Origin: Cycas panzhihuaensis
Lineage: Eukaryota > Plantae > Cycadophyta
Reading direction: 5' to 3'
Assembly: GCA_023213395.1 (NCBI GenBank)
Contig: CM041465.1
Span: 126,735,741 to 126,799,740, forward strand
DNA: 64,000 nt
Below, piece after piece: positions 1 to 11,473 of the stretch (position 1 is the first letter of the stretch; every line of letters begins with the position of its first letter). The position numbers were made by a program, and so were the translations under genes. A model generated the notes under the pieces. That model had not been told where the DNA came from. It did not search any database and saw only the letters and a program-made list of their open reading frames with translations.

Positions 1-153
1 AGGTAAAATAAAAAGAGGCCACTGCTCTCAATAAGATGCATAGAGTTCACTCAGTTGTTGAGGCCGCACATATAAACGCATAGTGAGCGTAGATGCCCAC
101 CATTAGGCCATTCAGAATATGAATCGTAAGACTCTTCTCACATAAGGCCAAAA

Positions 154-652
154 GATCACCTCTCTCATCTAATGGTTAAATCTAGGTTCAAAGAAAGTGA
201 TCTACCTTATTTGTAAAAGAATAAGTACTTTGAGATATTATGTATCTTGATGTATTTTGTATATGCAAGAAGATAATTTATATCTTCTTGTTGTTTAAGA
301 GATTAAAGTCAAATAATTATTGTTGAACTAATTTCTAGGTGTGATGTTGATGTACTCTAAAGTAAATAAATGGCAATTCATTATTTTGAATCAAATAAGA
401 AAACCAATGACAAAAAAGAGTTAAATTTAAGAATCGAAATGTTTACTAGACGAATAAAGAGCGTAGAAGCTGTTTTCTTTCATTGTGTTTGGACGTTACT
501 AATATTGACAACACAACGTAGATGACGCACTATCAGGAGCGAATGATTCCCAGGGATTACATCTACGTTCATTTTAGTTTGTAGAAATGGTGCTTCAAAG
601 CTTCCTTAGCTGAAAGACGTTCCCTTGGGTCAAACTTCAACAAACCTAGAAG
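154..652 (-). pseudogene. Type-1 LAMMER kinase 3' fragment (GLLKFDPRERLSAKEALKHHFYKLK*, stop 569-571) plus ~415 bp 3' flank, fused to Copia RT; one of 10 copies
   Basis: Aligns by eye to the 3' end and flank of the full kinase (7229-7716). Other coding tails at ~5446, 22604, 26795, 28451, 30107, 35016, 39952, 44855, 48999. Confidence 0.9.
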
Positions 653-865
653 ATGGGGTGTTGTTTGAAGAAAACCTCTTCTTTAAGGTCTCTATTGAGG
701 AAAGTACCCTTCACATCCATTTGTTAAATATGCCGATTAAATTAGATTGCTAAGGACATAACCAAATGGAATGTGATCACATTGGCTATCGGTGCAAAGG
801 TCTTGTCATAATCAATCCCCTCTTGTTATTTAAAACCTCTTACTATAAGGCGAGCTTTGCGAGTG
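643..865 (-). pseudogene. Copia reverse transcriptase fragment (repeated in each unit)
   Basis: Minus-strand translation KARLIVRGFK*QEGIDYDKTFAPIA...QMDVKGTFLNRDLKEEVFFKQ; the N-terminal RT part and everything from YVDD onward are absent. Confidence 0.9.
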
Positions 866-1158
866 TCATACTTTGTAAGGCCTTTTAGTAGTTATGGGAG
901 GAGGAACATCCATTAATAATTATTATACCCATTAGGATGTAGTTGAATGCTAGTGGCTTCCACCTGAAGTTCATCAACTAAAATTGGAGCTAAAGTTATA
1001 CTTTCTTGAGTTGTTGATGTAGATGCTACTGGAATCGATGAAGGAGCTGGAGTGTAGGAGGAGGTTAGTTTTGGTGGCTCCACAATTTGTCCAAGAATCA
1101 CTTAACATACACAAACTACTTCTACTGCTGTAATATAAGGTTGAGGTGAAGGTAGGTC

Positions 1159-2010
1159 CTATGAATCTTCTATAAATATTATATCCCGTGTTGCGTAAAC
1201 TTGGTTACCAACTATGTCAAACACTTTATAGGCTTTACAACCAAGTACATAGCTAAAGAAGATGCATTTCAGTCTCTTGTCATCAAGCTTCTTTTTGTTT
1301 TCCTTTGAAATATATTTATATTCCATGCATCCAAAGATCTGCACGAGTACTATCGATGGTTTCTGACCTGACCAAACTTCTTCAAGAGTAATATTCCTGA
1401 CTGCAATTCTAGGACTTATGTTGGTTAGATAAGTAGTTATGGTTGTGGCATCAACCCAAGATCTGGTGGTCAGATTTGCAACACTAAGCACGGCTTTTCC
1501 TTTATTTATCAATGTCTAATTCATTCTTTTGACTACACCATTTTGTTGAGGTGTGTGGGGAGTTGGGAATTGATGTTGGATGCCATGTTCCTTGCCCAAA
1601 ATGTTGGACTGATTAGAAATATACTCAAAGCCACCATTATCAGATCTAAGGGGCTTGATTATCATTCTACTTTCCTTTTCTATGGCAGCTTTGAACTGTT
1701 TGAATTTATTTGGGGTTTTATACTCATTTCTCAGGAAATAGACCTACATTTTCCTTGAGAAGTCATCTATGAATGTGATGAAATGCGAGTTCAGATTGAG
1801 TGGTTAGATGTACCAACCTCAGAAATTTCTGGATGGACCATCTCTAACGGCGCCGGGGATCTCCATGTGTTCTTAGAAGGAAAATTTTCTCGTTAGTGCT
1901 TTTCTGTTAGGCAAGCCCCACATATGTTGTTGTACCTCTTAATTTTATGTAAACCATGTACCATTTGGAGCTTAAATATGAGGTCCAAGATTTGCATGTT
2001 TTAAATGACT
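1159..2010 (-). pseudogene. Copia GAG-pre-integrase/integrase remnant (repeated in each unit, e.g. 6036-6734, 23193-23900, 35575-36432, 45445-46150, 49589-50300)
   Basis: Motifs FITFIDDFSRK, LRSDNGG, PHTPQQNGVVKRMN, EVWSGQKPS, KKLDDKxLKCIF, KAYKVFD, RDIIFIE; stops and frameshifts. Confidence 0.92.
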
Positions 2011-2360
2011 CAGGCATTAATTCCATAGGTATACTTTGTGGAGCTATCTGAGATGACATTTTCCTTTCAATATGAGAATTCACCCGGTTCTTATATACAA
2101 ATGGATTCTTCATTAACGACTTCATTTACCTTATCAATTTGAGCTATGTTGGGCATTGAACAAGCTTCATTTTATGGAGTAGTTGTAATGGGGATACCAC
2201 CCGACCTATATAGGCCACCATGTTCATGTCTTGTGGCCAGAGGTTTGCATGTTGCATGATCTGCGATTCTACTAATGCCCTAGCCAAAGAGGATATCTAA
2301 ATGATGTTTGTTTATTTCCTTGATAGAGAGCAAGTTCGTCTCCACTTTACCGAAGGAAAT

Positions 2361-2955
2361 GATCACCTCTCTAATCTAATGATTAAATCTAGGTTCGAAA
2401 AAAGTGATCTGCGTTGTTTGTAAAAGAATAAGGACCTTGACATATTATGTATCTTGATTTATTTTGTATATGCAAGAAAATAATTTATATCTTTTTGTCG
2501 TTTAGGAGATTAGAGTCAAATAATTATTGTTCAACTAATTTCTAGGCGTGGCGTTGATGTACTCTAAAGGCAATTCATTATTTTGAATCAAATAAGAAAA
2601 ATCATGACAAAAAACAATTAAATTTAAGAGACGAAATGTTTACAGACGAATAAAGAGCGTAGAAGCCGTTTTCTTTGATTGCGTTTGGGCGTCACTAATA
2701 TTGACAACACAACGTAGACGACGCACTATCGGGAGCGAATGATTCCTGTGGATTACATCTACGTTCATTTTAGTTTGAAGAAGTGGTGGTTCAAAGCTTC
2801 GTTAGCGGAAAGACGCTCCCTTGGGTCAAACTTCAACAAACCACGAAGCAAATCAATGAGGGCTTCTGATGAGGGATCCCCATTTTGATTGACAAGATTC
2901 CGCAGGCGAGGCAATCTCGGACTAGTCGAACTACGTCTCGGTGCAATTTCGTGGC
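2361..2955 (-). pseudogene. Type-2 LAMMER kinase 3' fragment (~63 codons, stop 2765-2767) plus 3' flank, joined to the gag zinc-knuckle region
   Basis: Near-identical to 7229-7828; switches to GTGTCTTTTTTTATCATAG (gag) at ~2957. Confidence 0.88.
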
Positions 2956-2956
2956 G

Positions 2957-3600
2957 GTGTCTTTTTTTATCATAGTAGAGGCAACTGACATCTGGTCTAA
3001 CCTATTAATTCTTTTAAAGTTGTGCATATGGCTGGTATTGAGACTGCTGATGCCAATGAGTTAGACGGGAGGAGGAGGTGTTAATTGGTTATTACTTCTC
3101 TTAGGTTGGTTGTTGATATGGCTCTTGGGATATGGTCAGAGAATCCAAGTGTTAAGTTAGATCTTGGTGTTGACTAAGCTGTTGAGTTGATTTATTGATA
3201 GTCTTATGCTTTTCTTAGTTATGGGCTTTAAAGGTAGGAGCGGGGTTAGATATACATGTTGCCCCAAGTCAGTTGAGTATATTCTCATCTTATAACAAGA
3301 GTTCCTCACAGGTCGTGAAGTCTATTTTGGAATAATTACCATTTAATTTGGAAACAAAGGAGTTATATTCTATAGGTAGGATGTCAATGATGCTAGAGAT
3401 TAAATCATGGTTTGAAAGTGGTTCATTAAGGATTATAAGTTAGTTCCTAGTTATTTTGACTTTAATCAAGTGGTGTGTGAAACGCTGCCAAAAAACGTAT
3501 ACCTTTATCAAAACGTTATGAACTTAAAGAAGATAAGTCATGAAAATAAGATTAATTTTAGATTCACCTATTCATTATAGGGTGTACCCTATGCTTGGCA
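2957..3600 (-). pseudogene. Copia gag remnant (UBN2-like region and degenerate zinc knuckle)
   Basis: HHLIKVKITRN*LIILNEPLSNHDLISSIIDILPIEYNSFVSK...TTCEELLL*DE; degenerate knuckle CLYYDKKRH. Confidence 0.8.
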
Positions 3601-6600
3601 CAAAAATTATACCCAACTAAGACATGGGAGAATATTATGAAGTAATTTAAGGAGATATTGTAAAAGTTTTTAAGTAATGAGGTACTGGAGTTATCTCTCA
3701 AGGAAATGAGATAAAGGCTAGTAGAATTACTTTTAATACGTATATGAAAAATAAATATTAAAGTTGTAAGTATTATGAATGGAGAAAAAATCATGGATTA
3801 TAATAAGAGAAACTATTTTATAAATGGGCTAAATTCTCAAGTAAGGGCCACAATGGTGACTCATTCCTTAAAATGCTTCCATTTCACACACGAGTTGGCA
3901 TTACACTTTGAGAAAGAGATGGGCATTTAAAAGGGCAGCCATAAACCTGATTATTTAGATCACAAGATAAAATGTAATAATTAAGAAGCCAAAATATAAA
4001 TAAACCTTGCTATTAAGTAACAAAAATAAAGGAGACCTCAAAAGTAGAAGCCTTTAAAAAGGAAGTCACAAGATTAAAGTTATAAAGAAAGAAACATCAA
4101 CTTACTAAGGAGAAGAAGAATAAAAAAATATAGGGGTAACGAACCGTAATTGAAGAAGTGGTGTCACGTTTGTGATAATACGAACCGTAATTGAAGAAGT
4201 GGTAAAAACCGTAATAATTCATATTCTAGTAAAAAATGTGACCTAAATGAGAGGAATAATATGGTAAAAAAGTAAAGTACATGGTGTTATATTTGTGATA
4301 TGGATAACCATAATATGAATAAACACTATTTTAATATATGTAAAACAAACCAATACGGTACAAGTTATGGAAGAAGGAACAACTTAACCATGATGCAATA
4401 TACTAATGACGCAGGAAGGCATGTGAAAAAATAATAATGCATGAAGAGAGAGTAAAGGAAATGTACTAAACTAACTAAAACAATAGAGATAAAATTGATC
4501 TATCCTCATAGAAAATGCCTATAGAGAGATCAAACATCACCTAATAAGAAGGCTGCTAAAATCTAAGAGGTCCACTAGAGCATATATGCCTAAACTATTG
4601 AGAAAAGTATGTGCTTGGCCTATTGCAGATACCCTTTATAAAGAAGAATATCCTATCCTAACCTAGACTCTTAAATATACCTGAAACACTAGACTCAATC
4701 TTAAAATATGAGAAGGGACTAACTAGAGTAAGAGGCCTAAAGGAGTTAAGACCACAGGATCCATATGATCATTAGGTAGGTTCTTGGAAAATTATCAATA
4801 GCAGTGACTCATCTCACATAAGTTTGAGATAGGCTAATAGTACATGCATTTAACTCCAACTGGCATCAAGCTCTAATAGGTAAAATAAAAAGAGGCCACT
4901 GCTCTCAATAAGATGCATAGAGTTCACTCAGTTGTTGAGGCCACACATATAAATGCATAGTGAGGGTAGATGCCCACCATTAGGCCAATCAGAATATGAA
5001 TCGTAAGACTCTTCTCACATAAGGCCAAAAGATCACCTCTCTCATCTAATGGTTAAATGCAGGTTCAAAGAAAGTGATCTACCTTATTTGTAAAAGAATA
5101 AGTACTTTGAGATATTATGTATCTTGATGTATTTTGTATATGCAAGAAGATAATTTATATCTTCTTGTTGTTTAGGAGATTAAAGTCAAATAATTATTGT
5201 TGAACTAATTTCTAGGTGTGATGTTGATGTACTCTAAAGTAAATAATTGGCAATTCATTATTTTGAATCAAATAAGAAAACCAATGACAAAAAACAGTTA
5301 AATTTAAGAATCGAAATGTTTACTAGACGAATAAAGAGCGTAGAAGCTGTTTTCTTTCATTGTGTTTAGACGTTACTAATATTGACAACACAACGTAGAT
5401 GACGCACTATCAGGAGTGAATGATTCCCAGGGATTACATCTACGCTCATTTTAGTTTGTAGAAATGGTGCTTCAAAGCTTCCTTAGCTGAAAGACGTTCC
5501 CTTGGGTCAAACTTCAACAAACCTCGAAGATGGGGTGTTGTTTGAAGAAAACCTCTTCTTTAAGGTCTCTATTGAGGAAAGTACCCTTCACATCCATTTG
5601 TTAAATATGCCGATTAAATTAGATTGCTAAGGACATAATCAAATGGAATGTGATCACATTGACTACCGGTGCAAAGGTCTTGTCATAATCAATCCCCTCT
5701 TGTTATTTAAAACCTCTTGCTATAAGGCGAGCTTTGCGAGTGTCATACTTTGTAAGGCCTTTTAGCAGTTATGGGAGGAGGAACATCCATTAGTAATTGT
5801 TATACCCATTAGGATGTAGTTCAATGCTAGTGGCTTCCACTTGAAGTTCATCAACTAAAATTGGAGGTAAAGTTATACTTTCTTGAGTTGTTGATGTAGA
5901 TGCTACTGGAATCGATGAAGGAGCTGGAGTGTAGGAGGAGGTTAGTTTTGGTGGCTCCACAATTTGTCCAAGAGTCACTTAAGATACACGAACTACTTCT
6001 ACTGCTATAATATAAGGTTGAGGTGAAGGTAGGTCCTATGAATCTTCTATAAATATTATATCCCGTGTTGCGTAAACTTGGTTACCAACTATGTCAAACA
6101 CTTTATAGGCTTTACAACCAAGTACATAGCTAGAGAAGATGCATTTCAGGCTCTTGTCATCAAGCTTATTTTTGTTTTCCTTTGAAATATATTTATATTC
6201 CATGCATCCAAAGATCTGCACGAGTATTATCGATGGTTTCTGACCTGACCAAACTTCATCAAGAGTAATATTCCTGACTGCAATTCTAGGACTTATGTTG
6301 GTTAGATAAGTAGTTATGGTTACGGCATCAACCCAAGATCTGGTGGTCAGATTTGCAACACTAAGCATGGCTTTTCCTTTATTTATCAATGTCTAATTCA
6401 TTCTTTTGACTACACCATTTTGTTGAGGTGTGCAGGGAGCTGGGAATTGATGTTAGATGCCATGTTCCTTGCCCAAAATGTTGGACTGATTAGAAATATA
6501 CTCTAACCCACCATTATCAGATCTAAGGGGCTTGATTATCATACTACTTTCCTTTTCTATGGCAGCTTTGAACTCTTTGAATTTATTTAGGGTTTTATAC

Positions 6601-7632
6601 TCATTTCTCAGGAAATAGTATAAAACCCTAAATAGTATAATATGATGAAATGCGAGTTCATATTGAGTGGTTAGACAGGTACCAACCTCTAAATTTTTGG
6701 GTGGACCATCTCTAACGGCGCTGGGGATCTCCATGTGTTCTTAGAAGGAAAATTTTCTCGTCAGTGCTTTTCTATTAGGCAAGCCCCACATATGTTGTTG
6801 TACCTCTTAATTTTATGTAAACCATGTACCATTTGGAGCTTAAATATGAGGTCGAAGCTTTGCATGTTTTAAACGACTCAGGCATTAATTCCATAGGTAT
6901 ACTTTGGAGCTATCTGAGATGACATTTTCCTTTCAATATGAGAATTCACCCGGTTCTTATATACAAGGGGACTCTTCATTAACGACTTCATTTACCTTAT
7001 TAATTTGAGCTATGTTGGGCACTGAACAAGCTTCATTTTATGGAGTAGTTGTAATGGGGATACCACCCGACCTATATAGGCCACCATCTTCATGTCTTAT
7101 GGCCACAAGTGTGCATGTTGCATGATATGCGATTCTACTGATGCCCTAGCCAAAGAGGATATCTAAATTATGTTTGTTTATTTCCTTGATAGAGAGCAAG
7201 TTCGTCTCCATTTCGGGTGCAAGGAAATGATCACCTCTCTCATCTAATGATTAAATCTAGGTTTGAAAAAAGTGCTCTGCGTTATTTGTAAAAGAATAAG
7301 GACCTTGAGATATTATGTATCTTGATTTATTTTGTATATGCAAGAAAATAATTTATATCTTTTTGTCATTTAGGAGATTAGAGTCAAATAATTATTGTTC
7401 AACTAATTTCTAGGCGTGACGTTGATGTACTCTAAAGGCAATTAATTATTTTGAATCAAATAAGAAAAATCATGACAAAAAACAATCAAATTAAGAGACG
7501 AAATGTTTACCAGATGAATAAAGAGCATAGAAGCCGTTTTCTTTCATTGCATTTGGACGTCACTAATATTGACAACACAATGTAGACGACGCACTATCAG
7601 GAGCGAATGATTCCCAGGGATTACATCTACGT

Positions 7633-8805
7633 TCATTTTAGTTTGAAGAAGCGGTGGTTCAAAGCTTCGTTAGCGGAAAGACGCTCCCTTGGGTCAAACT
7701 TCAACAAACCACGAAGCAAATCAATGAGGGCTTCTGATGAGGGATCCCCATTTTGATTGACAAGATTCTGTAGGCGAGGCAATCTCTGGACTACTCGAAC
7801 TCTGTCTCTGGATGCAGCCCCACGTGGCCAGTTGAGTTCCCTACCATTTCTAATATACTCCCTTCCACAATCAGCAGCCCATTTTATCATATGTTGAGGA
7901 ATTGGTCCCAATACCCATTGCATCATTGCAAGGTGTTCCAAATCATCATCGGTCTGAAAAAGGGCATTTCCATAGAATAATTCTGCCAAAACGCACCCAA
8001 CACTCCATAAATCGATAGGACAACTCCATCCAACACCCATTACCACCTCAGGTGCTCGGTAACCTCTCGTGGTAACTACCTTGCGATGGTATTGGTTCTG
8101 GAATGTGGCATTACCAAAATCTATGAGTTTAATTGCACTCGACGAGGGAATGCACTTATAACGATTCTTACGATCCGAAGAATTCTTGTCATATTCCGAG
8201 GAGACAAGAAGAATGTTATCAGGCTTTAGATCAGTATGTGCGAGAGTGAGCTCATGAATGAATGCAACAGCCTCCAACAGCTGACGTGTGAATTCCCAAA
8301 TCAGAACAACAGACAAGGGCCGGTGATTGTTTCTACGTAATAAATCGTATAAACTCAGTCCAAGCTTTTCACAAACATTGCACACATGGGCACCAAAATG
8401 AAACCTAGTCTTCAATTTCAGGCAGCCCCGGGATCCATTGGTATCAAACTCTGCTATCCTGCGAAGAATGTCAATTTCAGTCATAGCTGCAACACCATAT
8501 TGCCATTCACTGCGGATAACCTTGATGGCTACATGCTCTTGCTTTTAACCGTCCCAACAATCTAAAACTCTACCAAAAGTTCCTTTGCCCAGTTTTCTAA
8601 TAATCCTGTATCAAGATGTTATGTTTTCTCCAACCTCAAACACGTAGTGCCCATCTTTGTTATCCGGTCGCCATGGATGAGACGCAACGGCATGTACATG
8701 GTTAGATCGCATCTCATCACGCTCCTTTTTCTTCCCGTTATTGGACCATGACTCTTTAATACGACGACTTGTGGAAGGTTGTTTATAATAAACTGTGCTC
8801 TCCAT
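7633..8805 (-). pseudogene. Intronless LAMMER (AFC/CLK-family) protein kinase, copy 1, 390 codons with two premature stops
   Basis: PWRPDNKDGHYVFEVGEN, GKGTFG, VAIK, HTDLKPDNILL, DFG, YRAPE, EHLAMMQWVLG. ORFs 8611-8805 and 7633-8484 share a frame; stops TGA 8611-8613 and TAA 8545-8547. Confidence 0.93.
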
Positions 8806-8980
8806 ACCAAAACCTCTTCCAAGAGATCAACCAAGGAATTATTTCAGCGTGTGTATCGAATTATTTTCGATCCTAGATACTTTTACAGAAATTATTCAAC
8901 CGCACAATAACAGTACACACAAGTTAAAGTGCCTCCACATACAATCGAATTGTGATGTCTTACCGTATAACTTACTACTT

Positions 8981-8990
8981 ACTATATATG
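8981..8990 (-). promoter_or_regulatory. Possible TATA box of kinase copy 1 (also at 52541-52550 for copy 2)
   Basis: CATATATAGT on the minus strand ~180 bp upstream of the ATG, inside the ~280 bp upstream block shared by both copies. Confidence 0.3.
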
Positions 8991-9088
8991 GATTCAGGTA
9001 TGCATGCGGCTGACTTATAGCTGAGGCGGCCCACAACACACAGAGACACCATAGGCATGTGCTTATTCAGCACGTCTCTCTGATCAGA

Positions 9089-11473
9089 CATATGCCTGCC
9101 TGCACGCATTGCTTTTCTACTTGCTCATAATGCATGTGCTTACTGGACACCATCAGCCTATGATGACTCACAGCGGGGGCATTCCTCAGCGAATGCTACA
9201 CCCCGTATGGTGCACAGCCACCCATGTTGTCTCCACGGTCTCCCGGAATGTTTCTGTCAGTCTAATTTGCTCTTGTTACAACATGTTGCTTACGTTGCAG
9301 TCCTTCCTAAGCCTGATTTAATCCTTAGTTAGGACTCTTTGCTTTGTTTTGGGTACTTGCCCATTACCTGTGCATTCCCCCAGCTGCTCTAACTTATGTT
9401 TAGCCTTGGTTTTTACCTCAAAACTTGATGTTTCTACTTATTTTCCTATCTTTTTGTTCCCAGTCTGATACTGCTGTAAACTTAGCGGTACCATAGCATT
9501 TGCTACGGTACCGCAGAGTTTACCACGATACAACTGTTTGAAATTTAAAAAAAAATGACAGCCACGCGACAGTTTCCATTTTTTCGTGGAACTGCCACGT
9601 GGCATTGATTGATTTGAGTCGACTTGACATCCCCAACATTCACCTACTGTGAACAGGGGATAAAGGGGATTTTGCTCCCCATTTTTCAGATCTTTTGGCC
9701 ATTTTTCAAATCTCTAAGAAGCATTTCTAACTTTCACACAAGAAAACATACAGAAAAGAAAAATTGCATACACAGCAACTAGACAAAGGTGAAGTGGGTC
9801 GCTATCAGCTGGACTTACAGGGCCATTGCTGCCCCCTATAGCTCTCCACAGCAAGCTCCATTCTTTTTTGCAGGTGCTCAAGGATTCAAGTGACTTCTTC
9901 ACCCAAAAGCTGCTTCAAGAGCCAACTTCCAAGGCTCCAAACTTGCAAGGAGTTTCCTTCATTCTCACTCTTGCAAGAACTACTCATGGTCAGTCCCTAT
10001 GTGTTATTTATTGCTGCTATTCCTAGTAGCAAAGTGCATGCTTGATCTTCCCCATACAAGGTACTTCTTTCTTTTTACTTGTAATCACTTTTTTTTTCTA
10101 TTTCTTTTACTTCTTAATGAATGTGATCTTAGTTAGCTACAGTTCTCCTCATAGTATTGCTCTAGATTAGGGGTACCTTCCCATTGTTTCTTTGGAGCCC
10201 CTCCATTTTCCTTAAGCTATCTCTTTCACTCTTTCCTTAGTTAGCCAGTGTAAAGGAGTACATACGAGGATTTGAGGGAGGTAGGCGGGGTTCTGTCCCC
10301 CATTGTTCTCCTTCTCCCTAAGGGTTCTGTCCCTTGTCCTTTTTCCCTTTGCCATCTGCGCTTTCTTAGGGAACAGGCTGAGGGAGTTTAGGGGATTTAG
10401 TTAGGGTGCTCTGATTGGTATAAACAACCCGTCACTACCCTGTTACCAACTAGTTTTCCTTCCTGAGTTCTGTGGAGGTCTCCCGTGGGTGAGTTAGCCA
10501 TCCCGAGGCTATACTCCTTTCCTTTTCAGGTGTTTTCGTGGTACGTGGTGGTGAGAGTGTTTCTTGTATGTTGCTATTTCGTTTTGTTATATTCCGATGC
10601 TTAGCTTAGATCTTAGTTTCATTTGATTTCAGTTTATATATATATATATATATATATTTCTTGGTATATCTTGTGGCCTCTCTTCCGAGAGGAAGGTGTC
10701 CTTCTTACCCGTTTGCAGGATCGCGCATTGGTGGAGCGATATGCAGGACGAGCCCATTGCAGGTTAGTTCCCTGTGTAGTGCCTTTCTTTCTTTAGTTTC
10801 AAGTTTTTTCCATTTCTTTCCGCTTTATTTGATTTTGCATGTTTAAGGGGAGGTAAGTGAACCCCTCTTCCATCGCTTCCGGTAATTACGGTCGATCGGC
10901 GTTGCATGCACGGTGAACGGAGAAGGAAGGAGCAGGACTTAGGGAGATAAGCCGCACCTCCATTCAGGCGCCAGATCCAGGTATTCCCCTTGCTTCCTGT
11001 GTATCCCCTTTTACGTTGTTGCCTTTCATGCATCTGCCTGAGTAGATAGGAAATTGTAAAAGAGCATAAAGGAAAAAGGGAAAGTGCATTCATCTTTTTG
11101 CATTATTTCTTGCTTTATATAGCATAGATAGCTTGCTCGTGTTGTATTCGAGCTGCCCCCATTGCACATTTTCTCGCATCTGCCTGCACCTTAGTTAGTT
11201 TCCCTCCCATTCGTTGCCTTCTCATTGCCTTGAGAAGATGCAACGTGTAAGGCATTCTCTCTCCTTCCCGGCCATCCGAAGGGTAGGAAGGCCTTGTTTT
11301 GCATGGCTACCTAGAAGCAACCAGGCACCTTGCAGTCCTGAATCCATGCTCTGGTGCACGGATGTCCTACGAGGTGAGGTCCTCGCTATCTAGCTTAGTT
11401 AGCATAGCGCATCCTTATATCCTTTTGCTAGACATAGGGACACCGCCTCGTAGCGAGCGCCTCACCTGCCACA
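9089..11473 (+). mobile_element. 3' end (PPT-like region plus ~2.3 kb LTR, ~9194-11473) of a Tat-like Gypsy element inserted into the integrase of a second element
   Basis: Collinear patchy similarity to 17020-19400 (GCCTATGAxGACT..GGGGG..CAGCGAATG; GGAACxGCCACGTG; GGxAGGTAAG; CCATCCxAGGGTxGGA). Ends ...GCCACA immediately before integrase EYFTK*VEVIP. Confidence 0.6.
10635..10657. repeat. (TA)n microsatellite
   Basis: About 11 TA units read directly. Confidence 0.95.

Larger units (their letters stand above)
1..7228 (-). repeat. Copia/kinase chimeric tandem array, block 1 (unit 1-4877 plus partial unit 4878-7228); probably continues left of window
   Basis: Anchor AGGTAAAATAAAAAGAGG at 1 and 4878; ORF pairs 913/5790 and 1159/6036 offset by exactly 4877 bp. 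Confidence 0.95.

Noticed and set aside
3564-3794. Recurring hydrophobic MIFSPFIIL ORF in the spacer
   Set aside because: AT-rich, variable ends, absent from several units, no motif; recurrence is explained by the array.
4869-4880. AGCTCTAATA as a tRNA-Met PBS remnant, implying an LTR in each array unit
   Set aside because: The essential TGG is missing, there is no adjacent TG..CA repeat or PPT, and the flanks look like one degenerate ~200-bp internal duplication (GACTCxTCTCACATAAG twice).
8545-8613. Rescue of kinase stops by RNA editing or an intron
   Set aside because: Nuclear context, the TAA derives from GAA, and the interval encodes essential kinase subdomain I collinear with copy 2.
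10385-10410. Telomere-like TTAGGG words
   Set aside because: Isolated and degenerate within an LTR-like region, not an array.
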